This document shows, piece after piece, positions 53,211-64,000 of a stretch of 64,000 nucleotides of DNA; position 1 is the first letter of the stretch, and each line of letters opens with the position of its first letter. The DNA comes from Vicugna vicugna. Its lineage: Eukaryota. The notes below the pieces were generated by a model. It was given only the letters and a program-made list of their open reading frames with translations, had not been told where the DNA came from and did not search any database. A program made the translations under genes and the position numbers. Location: the NCBI GenBank assembly GCA_013265495.1, contig MU058844.1, positions 7,005,260 to 7,069,259 on the forward strand. The letters are read 5' to 3'.

Positions 53211-53615
53211 TAGCTTTATGGAGGTATGATTGACAAGTAAAATTTTATATATTTAAGATATGATTTCATGTATACATTGTGACATGATTACCATAATCAA
53301 GTTAATTAGCACATCCATCACCTCACATAGTTACCATTGTGTCTGTGTGTGTATGATGTGAACACGTATGATCTACCCTGTTAGTAAATTTGAAGTGTAC
53401 AACATAGTTTTATTAATTATAGTCACAATGTTGTACATTAGATCCCCTGAACTATATTCATCTTTATAGCTGTAATTTTGTCTCCTTTGGCCAACATCTC
53501 CCTATTTCCCTACCTTACAGCCCATAATAATCTCCATTCTGCTCTCTGTTTCTCTGTGTATATGACTTTTTGGATTCTACATATACATGATGCCATACAG
53601 TGTTTGTCTTTCTCA
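53211..53615 (-). mobile_element. L1MA-type 3' UTR
   Basis: gctttatggaggtatgattgaca...gttaattagcacatccatcacctcacatagttacc...gtcacaatgttgtacattagatccc. Confidence 0.9.
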
Positions 53616-53728
53616 GCCAAGTATGGAATTTGGTGCCCAACAAATGACTAAGTGAAAGACAAAACTTCTAGATACCATCTGTTACCTAATGACTATTAGT
53701 GTGAATGATTTTTTTTTTAATGTTGCTA

Positions 53729-53857
53729 TTTTTTTTTGAGGGGAGGTAATTAGGTTTATTTATTTAATTAGTTATTTTAATGGAGGTACTGGGGATTGAA
53801 CCCAGGACTTCCTGTATGCTAAGCATGTTCTAACCACTGAGCTACACCCTCTCCCCC
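53729..53857 (-). mobile_element. tRNA-derived SINE of the camelid Vic-1 type
   Basis: Minus strand: ggggagagggtgTAGCTCAGTGGttagaacatgcttagcatacaggaagtcctggGTTCAATCCccagtacctcc (A and B boxes, tRNA-Ala-like), then aaataaataaacctaattacctcccc and an A tail. Confidence 0.85.
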
Positions 53858-54269
53858 AATTGTTTGTTGTTTTATTTTCGAATAATATTTTATGGACTTC
53901 AATACTAATTAATGTGCTTAGAGAAATATATATCATTTCCTAGCCCATGTGGTCAAACACTATTAAATGACTGTTGTGCAGGTGTTCAGTGAAGAGTTCA
54001 CACTTTTTCTCACAGATTTGGATATTCTGCCAGTCTTTATGCTGTTTTAAAATTAAGTTAATCTGAACCTTACTCTGTGCTGCTATATTTAGTGCATACA
54101 TAAATACATTCTTCTTCATCTTAATATTATTATTATTATGTTGTATATAATAATACATAGAGGCTGCATTCCCCAAATACTGTGATATATGGCTTCAGGG
54201 TATTTGGATAGTAGGGAGCATCAGCTGGAAATAGTGTGATATGTCTTGCCTCAGCTATCATCGCTAGAA

Positions 54270-55367
54270 AAAATTACATTTCCTCTATGGCTCCAGCATA
54301 TACAGAATATGCTTATCAGATCCAGATGCTATTCATGACAGTAGGCTCTCTACTTGTGCAACCTTCCTTCTCCTTTCTGTCCCTCTGGCCTAGGAATTAG
54401 CAACTTTATCTCTTTGAAATCTCTAATTTTCTTCAGTGTTCTTCATTAGCTTCTCAGATTTTCCATCAACTCTGTAACCAATTCACTGTAATGATGTCCC
54501 TTTATTTTATTTTATTTTTTAATGTTTTGTATTGAGGTAGAGTTGATGTACAATATTATGTTTCAGGTGTACAGCATAGTGATTCACAATATTTAAAGTT
54601 TATATTTTATTCACAGTTATTATAAAATAATGGCTGTGTTTCCTGTGTTGTACTGTGTATCTTGTAGCTTACGTATCTTATACAAAATAGTTTGTACGTC
54701 TTAATCCACTACTCGTCTCCCACCCCTCCCCTCCTCACTGGTAACCACTAGTTTGTTCTCTATATCTAAGAATCTGTTTCTTTTTTGTTATATTCACTAG
54801 TTTGTTTTATCTTTTAGATTTCACATATAAGTGATATATGCATATAACATTTATCTTTCTCTGTCAGACTCACTTAGTATAATGCTGTCCATCTATGCTG
54901 CTGCAAATGGCAAAACTGCATTATTTTCTATGGCTGAGTAGTATTCTATTGTGCGTATTGTATGTATATGTATATATACGTATATACATGTACACACTAC
55001 ATCTTTATCCATTCATCTATTGAGTGACACTTAGGTTGCTTTCATATCTTGGCAATTGTAAATAATGCTGTCATGAACATTGGGATGCAGGTATCTTTTC
55101 GAATTAGTGTTTTTGCTTTTGTTTTTGGATAAATACCCAGGAGTGGAATTGCTGTGTAATATGGTATTAGTTTTTTGGGGAAACCTCCATGCCATTTTCC
55201 ATAGTGGCTGTACCAATTTATATTCCTTCCAACAGTGTATGAAGGGTCCCTTCTCTCCACATCTTCACCAACATTTGTTACTTGTGGTCTTTTTGATGAT
55301 AACCATTCTTAATGTCCCTCTATTTTAAATATAGGTTTCTGTTTCCCTTGCTCAACCCTGAATGATA
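54270..55367 (+). mobile_element. Old ERVL-class LTR fragment split by an L1 insertion
   Basis: ctctgtaaccaattc...atgtccct (left of L1) joins atgtccctctattttaaata...ggtttctgtttcc...ccctgaatgata (right), an LTR33/50-like end. Confidence 0.5.
54510..55311 (-). mobile_element. Younger artiodactyl-type L1 3' end with TSD
   Basis: Antisense 3' UTR and ORF2 end; T-rich tail at left; direct repeat atgtccct(t/c)tatttta at 54494-54509 and 55312-55327 ending at a TT/AAAA endonuclease site. Confidence 0.92.
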
Positions 55368-55414
55368 GAAACATTATGTAAGTTTCACTGATAGATGCAT
55401 AGAATATATCAATA

Positions 55415-55900
55415 TACATTCATTTGTTCATCCAACAAACATTTATTAAGTACCTCTTTGGAGATAGTTACAAAACAGGGTTTTGCGAATACATCAGTAA
55501 GCAAAATTAAGTGGAGTTTTTCCTTATAAAACTCTGTGTAACAAATCAACAGATATGTAAGAGGTATCACATAAATTCTTGGTGTTGGACTGGCTGTGAA
55601 TAAGGTTGGGGATGGGGAAGAGAAAGCTTTTGCATAAGTAGATTGATTTTTTGCAACTGCTCTGAAAGTAATGTTGCGTGAGGACAAGGTTTTGTAGGGG
55701 AAGTTATTGAGATGTGTTTTGTTTTGTTTTGAAATGTTGAATTTTAGATGTCTTTGATATATGAAAACATTCAAAGATAGTTGCAAAGTAGGCAACTGGA
55801 AAAATCAAGGCTCAGGATAAATACTTGTTTGTCATTTGTAGACAACTGAAATTAGAAATCCTGGAAATGAATGACATTGCCTCAGGAAAGGGCATAAAAT
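55415..55900 (-). mobile_element. L2 fragments
   Basis: cattcatttgttcatccaacaaacatttattaagtacct; atgttgaattttagatgtct; ggaaatgaatgacattgcctcagga. Confidence 0.7.
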
Positions 55901-56484
55901 AAGTTAGGATGGATTTCTAGAAATTTATAAACCTGTAGACTTGAAAATAGTCCAAATCAGGAAATGAGTGATCATAACTTTTCCCAGAACTACCTTTAAA
56001 TATTCTCATAATTATATTTCAACTATTTATAAATGAATTGTTTCTCAGAATCTAAGAACAAAACAACTTTAAAATTCCATCACATGAAATATTTTTAAAT
56101 ATAATTATTATGTTTCCCTTTATGTGTACTTTTTAATGGCACAAATGCATTAATACTTCTCTCTGGATGTCTGACCTTGAATAATACCTAAATCTTAAAG
56201 ATAACTTTCTCACCTAACCTCAGCCATAGACCAAAACATATAGAGAATTATGTGAAAAAGTTTTTAACAGCTAACACTTTTTAAAAATGTACCCACACAT
56301 TTATTCATTCCCCCCAAATGCCAGTATATTGATATATACTATGTTTACATAAAGACATACTTTCACTGACGAAATTTCTTTTATTAATTTCTCATAGAAA
56401 AACTGTATTCTTCAAATATTTGTTTAAAATCCAATTTAAAGTCCCATTAGAGAATAGGTTTAGAATGTCTTTTTTCCTCCAGAT

Positions 56485-56535
56485 TTTTTGAGGTACAAAA
56501 GACAAATAAAAATTGTATATATTTAAGGTGTATAA

Positions 56536-56578
<43 letters not shown>

Positions 56579-56579
56579 T

Positions 56580-56608
<29 letters not shown>
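56485..56608 (-). repeat. L1MA terminus grading into a compound (TA)n(CA)n(TACA)n microsatellite
   Basis: ttgaggtacaaaagacaaataaaaattgtatatatttaaggtgtataa followed by simple repeats. Confidence 0.8.
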
Positions 56609-56610
<2 letters not shown>

Positions 56611-57079
56611 GGCATGCCTCAGAGATATTTGCAGGTTTAGATCCAGACTACCACCATCAAGCTAATATCTGAATAAAGCAAGTCACACAAATGTTCTGGT
56701 TTCCCAGTGCACATAAAAATTATATTTATACTGCATTCTACTTTGTTAAATATGCAATAACGTGTCTTAAATAACAATGTAAAAACCTTAATTAAAAAGT
56801 ACTTTATTGCTAAAATATGCTAACCATCATCTGAGCCTTCAGTGAGTCATAGTAGTAACATCAAAGATCACTAATCACAGATCACCACAGCAAATATAAT
56901 AATGATGAAAAGTTTGAAATATTGCAAAAATTACCAAAATGGGATACAGAGATATGAAGTGAGTAAATGCTGTTGGCAAAAATGGGTCTGATAGACTTGC
57001 CACAAACCTTCAATTTGTAAAAAACAGAGTATCTGTGAAGTACATTAAAGCAGAGCACAAAAAAAACAAGACATGCCTG
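56609..57079 (-). mobile_element. Tigger1 internal-deletion derivative (TcMar-Tigger)
   Basis: Inverted termini caggcatgcctc / aagacatgcctg followed by TA; both Tigger1 ends present (gccacaaaccttcaatttgtaaaaaac; agtcacacaaatgttctggtttcccagtgca). Confidence 0.88.
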
Positions 57080-57525
57080 TATGTTGTACTCAGGCAGTAA
57101 ATCTCTTCAGTTCCAATGTTATGACACAGGTTCCATCTCAGTGGAATCTCCATAAATAAAAACAAAACTCATTTAGTTCAGTTACAAGTGCAGCTAAACT
57201 GCATTCATGTATTGTAAGAGAAATCAGTCATACATAGATTGATTATAACCAAACAAAACCAAAGCTGCTTTTATAGAAAGAAAATCTGGAACAATGAGTT
57301 GACTTTGTTTTCATCTCTTCTGGTAAACTAATTGCCTGGAAGTTAGCAAAAAGTCAAGCTATACCCTTGAACAGGTTGACTCCATCATCAGGCAAAATAA
57401 GTTCACTACTTTATAGACTTTCTTGAGAATTTTATAGTTTCATTTGTGGAATGTGCTTGATATCTCTGTGTAATGGCTACTAGCAACCTTTTCTTGGCAT
57501 TTCTACCTTTATTAAGGTAGAACTA

Positions 57526-57874
57526 CAGTCCACCCTTTATATACACAAGTAGATTAACTATAGATTAAACTAACTATAGATTAAAAAGACCAGTGAAAAA
57601 AACTCAAGAAAGTTCCAAAAAGCAATATTTGAATTTGAGATGCACCAGCAACAATTTACATAGCATTTATGTTGTATTCACAACTATTTGCATATCATTT
57701 ACATTGTATTAGGTATTGTAAGTAATCTAGAAATTATTTAAAGTACATGGGAGGATGTGTATAGGTTATATGCAAATACTACACAATATTTTATATAAGG
57801 GACTTGAGTGTCTGTAGATTTTATATCAGTGGGGGTTCTGGAAACAGTCCCCTGCACATACTGAAGGATGACTG
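57526..57874. mobile_element. MER2/MER2B Tigger-family MITE
   Basis: TA|cagtccaccct...gaaggatgactg termini; core catttacattgtattaggtattgtaagtaatctaga...ggttatatgcaaatactac. Confidence 0.88.
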
Positions 57875-58511
57875 AAAATCATCTATCTCTTTATAATGCT
57901 ATTTACATTTAAAAATGTGTATATTAAAGACATTGTCATGTTCATAATTACATACATTATATAAAATACATAAAATATATATATCCATAATATATATAAT
58001 ATTTTATGTATCAATTTTAGTGTTCTGAAGGAAATTAGTAGCATAATTTTGGACTTGTTTGTTTGACATATGTAATCCATCTGAGTAAAGAACAACCATT
58101 AATAGGTAAATGCTGTTATATCATGATTAAAAACTCTTTTAGGGAGAATATATAACACATTAGATCTAACATTGAAATAAATAAATATAAGTGGTAAGAA
58201 TTTGGAAACTTAAGTGAGTTGGACCTAGTAAAGTGAGGATAATATGATTGCAGTAAGGAGGATCCTGCAATATAAATTTTTAGTGATGTAAAATATCAAT
58301 CTGCTTAGGCAAAACTAGAAATTCAATTAGACACTTCTATAAAAATGTAAAAACTGACTCACACTAGATGTTATTTTTGTCAACTCAGAGTCATTGGAAA
58401 TGAATATATATGAAATTGGTAAAAAGAGTAGATAAAAACTATATGAATCAATTTGAATTCTCTCTTGGAGATGCATAAAAAGCCAAATGTTTTAATAATT
58501 GTTAAAGGCAC

Positions 58512-58618
58512 TATATCTATCCATCATCCATTTATCTAATCTCTATCTATCTATCTCTCTCTCTTTCTCTCTATCTATCTTCCATCATTATCTACCTACC
58601 TATATGCCTATATCTATT
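58512..58618. repeat. Degenerate (TCTA/TCCA/TC)n simple repeat
   Basis: Direct observation. Confidence 0.8.
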
Positions 58619-58619
58619 C

Positions 58620-60030
58620 TTCAGAATTATCTATTGCTTTCTGGTTTTTAATATTTTTTCTTGAGAGCTGAGAGTCTTACTGTTGCTTTTTTCCCACTAA
58701 CATATATTTTTGAGGGGTCCTTTTAAAGATATTTCTGTCTGTATACATTCTGTTATTGTATGCTGAGGGGGTGTTTTTTTAATTTTTTTGTTTTTTTGTA
58801 TTTTTAACAATTTGAGTTTGTAGAGCCCCTTGCATTTCTGAGTTGATTTTTTTTATCAGATTGGGCAAATTATTGGTCACTGTTTCTTCACACATTTCCT
58901 CTATGCCATTTTTTCTCTCTTCTGATACTCCAATTACATTTATATTTGACCTTGCCACAGTTTCCTATAAGTGTTTTTTGTTATTTCCTTCTGTAACTCA
59001 GTTTGGATAGTTTGTATTAATCTGCTTAAATTTTTGATAAACTCATTAACTGTTTATTTTATTTTCAACTCTAGAAAACATACTTAATTTATTTTTAAAA
59101 ATTCCATGTTTTTCTCTATTTTCTAAATATTAATCATATTTATATTAAAAACATTATCTGCTAAGTACAAATAAAATCCATTATACTAAAACCGCTATTG
59201 ACTTTTTTTTTCTTCTAGATTTTTTTGTCCTATAATTCTTAAAAAAAAATTCTGATAATATTTTATTGATTGCTAGATAAGCCTTGGTATGAGAAAAATT
59301 TTAAGGACACAGATGAAATTATCTTCCTCTAAAAAGGGCTCTCACTTTCTTCTTTAGCATAAGACAGAGTGTGAGCTGAATTCTGAATCCAGTCAAAGAC
59401 TGAGCTTAGTCAAACCAGGATGCAGTTCGGTTAGGCTCTTTACTACGATTTACCCACCTTTTAAAAGATAAGGTCCTCCTGAGCTCTCAAATAAGGGTCT
59501 TGCTTATTTGTTGTTTTGTTTTTGTTTTTTAAACAAGGACCTTTTCTTCTATTGGGTCATTAGCTCTTTCCTATCACAGAACTATGGAAAATTGTTTTGC
59601 AATTGAGAGATTTTTCTTGTTTCTAGAATTCTGATGCATACACATCAGAATTTGTCAGCTATCTCTAGGGGCACCACTCAAGTGTATTAGGTGTTTTAAG
59701 TTTCAGCTGTATTGCTCTCTCTGATGAAAGTTCCTGGATGTCTCTAACAAAGTTCCTCTGTTCAAGTTTACCCCGGACCCTGTATTCTGGGCCTCTTGCA
59801 CTTGCCCAGAAACAGCAAACACTCCAGGAAAAAAAGCAACTGCAGATAATAGGTTTTACGCTTCAGGTTTCTCTCTTTTTCGAAATCTTAGCCTGTCTGG
59901 TTTTCCCTGTTTCTGTAGCTCTCCGATGCTTTTAAGCAAATTATTTCTTTGTTTTATTTAGCTTTTGTAGTTGTTGTCTATGTGAACATTGATCTGTTGC
60001 AAATTATTCCGTTCTAACCATAAGCAGAAA
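58620..60030 (-). mobile_element. Old L1M 5' region (ORF1 and 5' UTR remnant)
   Basis: Antisense ORF1-type motifs ttgggcaaattattggtcactgtttcttca, ctccaattacatttatatttgacc, tcagtttggatagttt. Confidence 0.6.
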
Positions 60031-60084
60031 TGCTTCGTACTTTTAAGATTCATTTCCATATACAAATTATGTGAAGCTCGAATG

Positions 60085-60295
60085 CTTGATTTTGAATCTT
60101 GAATTTACCCATCACTGTTTACATGACCAAGAAAAAGTAATTTAATCTCATATCATCTCAACTCCTAATTGTGTAAGCAAGTGAAAATCTACCAACTGAT
60201 AGATGTGTTATGAGAATTAGTTAATACATAGAAAGTGCTTGAAATAGTGGCAGCCTTATTTTAAGTCCTAAATAATATATTAGCTATTCTTATTG
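60085..60295 (+). mobile_element. MIR
   Basis: ttgaatcttgaattt..catcact; tgttatgagaattagttaatacatagaaagtgcttgaaatagtg. Confidence 0.65.
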
Positions 60296-62829
60296 CTTTT
60301 ATTTTTGTTGTTTAAATCATGAAGTTAGCATATACATGTGGCTGTTTTAGGATAATACAATTCAGAAGTTTAATTTAGTTCTAAAAATATTTATTAAAGA
60401 AGTGGCATGGGCAAGGCCTAGTAGCATAATTGCTATGCACTGTAGTGATCAAGATGAAAGTAAATGCTATCTCAGGAAGTACATGCATTAGCAGAGTACT
60501 TGTGCAAAGAACAGTAAGTTCTGTAAGAAAAGCAAAAACAAAGATAAGTTTAGAGGCAGAGCAGAGAAAGTCGCCCCTCCTCATCAGATGTTAGATTAAC
60601 CTATTGGCAGCTCAGAAGATAAGTACAAATAGTCCTACCTGCTCAAGCCACTTTAAATACTCTCCCTAATAAGTTCTACTTGTGTAGAATGGAAGTTCTA
60701 ATTACCAAAATGCTGCCCCTAAGCACAAACTAGGCTCCTGAAATATCTTTGAATTGGCTCATTGACTACACTGAATATGCTGCTCAGAACCGACAGAGAA
60801 ACTGCCAGGGAAGAACTTGGCTGTAAAGCAAATTACATTTTTAAAAAGTTTCAGAAATGGTTATTGAGTCCCAACCTGTTTAAGAGTCTCTTTCTTAATT
60901 GTCTTCCTCTGAATGAAAGTCTCATTAAAGTGCATGTGAATATTCAGCATTTTTAAAGCAATAGTTTCCTTGTCCACCTTTGTATTTTTACAGAATTTAT
61001 ATTCTGAATGAGTTTGGCTAGTGTCAGTTTAAATGGGGTTGAATATATTTAGACTAATATTTGTGAACAATTCAATGATTGTCTTCTTCTAGTGAACCAC
61101 AGACTTGCTGGTTGCTTTTAACAAGGGAGAAAATGAGGAGAAAAAAAAGTGTATTGAGATAAGTTGAGGCAGAAATTTGTGTTATAGTATTAAAATTTCT
61201 TTTAAGCCGTATTCAAAAACATTTATCGAACAATAACTGTCTGCCAGAAATACTAGAAAAGAAAAACAACTAAATCAGTGTTAGTCTTATTTTTTTTTTT
61301 ACCACTAGCCCCATTCTTCTCAAAATTCACATGTAAATCAAAAAGTGTTAAAACTTTAATGCTGCAAATGACTATGTTGGTAATATAGTTTATATGTTCC
61401 AGATAATTTAATACAAAGCTTATTTTATACTAATATTATAATAGGTATTAAATTTGTTAGCAAAACTATCTTTACAATGAAATATTGAAATTGCCAGTGA
61501 GAAAACTGGTCTTTATTTCAAGAAGAGTTTTTTAAACTATTAACAAATATCTTTTAAAAATTTCATCAAGATTGTTCTAAAATGTTTTATACACTTTTAA
61601 GTAAGCATCCATATATTTTACAATAAAAATATGAAAAGTAAATCAGAGAACTATTGAATTTAACCATCACAAATGTAACATAAAAGTTGAAATTGCAATA
61701 GAGTAGCTTTGGTATAATAGGGACAATAGCTTAGATATGTATAATTTGTAAGGCACTTATTTTTAAGGATATGGCCTGCTACTTGTTCCATAACTCCAGC
61801 ACCCTAGAATACACCCTTCCGATGCATCACATTATGAGAATATAAAAAAGAATGAGGGAGATGACTAAAGGAGGTTTTTGTAAGTAGGTTATCTTTCAGA
61901 AAAGCAGGGCTACAAGCCCCCTTTCCTATCCACTTCATTGGGGTAGTATCTACCTTTCAAAGACTATGAGGGTGGGACTTCTGTTAAGCTATTCAGAATA
62001 TTTAATATGAGTATCATGTAGATTGAAGATGTACTGTATTGGAGATCTCATCCTGCTAAATAAATTTAAGACAACTAGAGATAATCTGGAGAATTATTTT
62101 GAATTTGGAATGTTTAGAGTGCTGCTTTGCCGAGATCAGTTGGGCTGAACTCCCAGAATTTGTAGCATACAGGTATGCATGACTGTTTCCCATGGAAGAT
62201 ATACTAGTCCCATGTGACTCTGTGGGATTGTCTTTGACTCTTCAGGCTGCCTCGAAAGGTGAAGGCTCTCTACCAGCAAAAACCTAGATGTGAACTCCTA
62301 GAGCCTGACGAAGGAGCCAAAAATGAGAACCAGAATAAAATAAAAGCATTCCAGGGTTAAAAGAATTTCAGGATGGGGGGGCCTAGGGTAGGCCTTCTGA
62401 GGATTACTTGAAAATATCCCATAACAAAATCATGTTGAAACACTTATTAGCTCCACAAAGAGCACAAGCCCAGCTTAAGACGCTGCTAACTTAAATATGA
62501 GCATTCTTTTTCCTTTTTAGAAAATTTAGAGATGACACCAACCACATACATCCTTTTCGTATGGTGAATTTGTAGCCAAAAGCTGGTCCAAGTTACACAA
62601 GGAGATAATATTTAAAGAAAGCTCAGAGTTCAAATAATATTTTAGACTGAACTTTTTCTATTACTAATTGAATGAAATAGTAAGAGTGCTTGTGGCCTGT
62701 AAGAGTAAACTCAGCAAAAAAATGGAAAATAGGTATGGGTGATGATAAATGCAAGAATCAGATAGATGATTAACTAAATTTCTTAATTTTTTCTAGAAGA
62801 TTGGCTAGAGTGATGGCTAGATTACCATC

Positions 62830-63325
62830 TTGCTAAACAATTCCCTTATAGTGCTTCATCTGTTGGGTGGGCCTTGATTTGTCTAAGTCTATGACAGTGA
62901 TCTTCCTACACCCTAGCCCCTATTACAGGGATAAGGGACAGACAGTGACCTGACCTTAAGCCAATCAGCACAGGACATTTCCCAACCAAACAAATATGCT
63001 GAGGTGACATTAATCAGTCCAATTCTCATGACATCTGTTAGACATTCGTGGGTAAAAAGTATTTTCTCTCTCCCTAGATTTGAGTGAGAAGGAATCTACC
63101 TTCAATTTTTGAGAGTCACCGTGAGATCATGAGAACAGCAAATACCTGGGGAAAACCAAATATACACAGAGCATTCATGAGAGAGAGTCACAAAGATTTA
63201 GAGACATGGACCCATCTGAACTGACTGAAAAGTCTAACCTATGACATCAATTAAACTCTTTTCTTATTTGGCCTGTTTGAGTTGGATTTTCTCTTATTTG
63301 TATCCAAAACATACTCATATAGATA
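62830..63325 (+). mobile_element. MaLR LTR (MLT1K/L-like)
   Basis: taagccaatcagcac; 3' end tttggcctgtttgagttggattttct...ttgtatccaaaac. Confidence 0.65.
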
Positions 63326-63824
63326 TGTTTACAGATTATAAAATAATGTTAAATGTGACTTCAGGCAATTACACATGATCATGATTTCATATTAAAAGAT
63401 ATGTATAAAGAGAATTTCACAGCTAGCTGCTCCTTTAAGAGGGCAAAATAGCAGTATGTTTGATAGTGTCGGCAATGGAATTGTGTTCCTGAATTTCTGA
63501 TTCATTTTTTTTTTGAGCTGTTTCTTCATGTATCCAGTTTGAAATGGAAATACCACTGGAAAAATCTGAGAAGTAATCCGTACCTTTCTCTGTAGTATGC
63601 CAGACTTAAAGAAAAAGAAAGTTTAGATGAGATTGACTTTCAACATGTGCACTTATCTTGAAAGGACTGTCAGTGGAGGGTTATAATACTGCCAGTTGTC
63701 CTCTAATGGCTTCAGAGAGAAAGGCAAACAGCCAAGACTAAGAATCATAAAGGAAAAACAGGGTAAAATTAAACTGTAAGACTTTATCCCCCTTTCTATT
63801 TTCCCCATATAAGATCAAGAGAAC

Positions 63825-64000
63825 AGGTTCTGTATGAACTCCTATTGCTGCCGTTACCACAATTTATCAAAGATATAATGATTTAATACTCATTTATTGT
63901 CTACATTTATGTAGGTGAGAAGTCCAAAGAAGCTTGACTAGATTCTCTACATGGGGTCTCATCAGGATAAAATCAGTGTGCTAGATAGGGTTGCAGTTTT
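63825..64000 (-). mobile_element. MaLR LTR (MLT1), runs off the window
   Basis: ctattgctgccgttac...catttattgtctac...gggtctcatcaggataaaatcagtgtg. Confidence 0.6.

Noticed and set aside
53780..53857. tRNA gene
   Set aside because: tRNA-like head continues into a SINE body and A tail; stems are degenerate.
86..60956. Most ORFs in the supplied six-frame track
   Set aside because: Short, low-complexity or repeat-derived, with no recognisable domains or exon structure; only those overlapping the MULE and L1 ORF2 relics reflect former coding sequence.

Overview
AT-rich, CpG-depleted mammalian DNA, intergenic or deep-intronic; I found no convincing host protein-coding exon. One tRNA-derived SINE of the camelid Vic-1 type (53729-53857) suggests a camel, llama or alpaca genome. 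Most recognisable sequence is fossil interspersed repeat: L1, L2, MIR, MaLR/ERVL LTRs, an ERV1 remnant with a decayed gag N-terminus, an LTR16-type ERVL remnant, MER5A, MER2 and a Tigger1 deletion derivative. The stand-out is a ~2.4 kb fossil Mutator-like (MULE/MuDR) DNA transposon at ~30864-33240. It has ~110 bp terminal inverted repeats built from a repeated motif and a decayed FLYWCH + DDE transposase whose diagnostic motifs are still in order. It is inserted inside a MIR. Between its left TIR and transposase lies what looks like the 3' end of an unusual non-LTR retrotransposon (ELGR and CCHC remnants, structured 3' UTR, (TACA)n tail). Repeat family names come from recalled consensus sequences, not a database search; subfamily calls and most boundaries are approximate.
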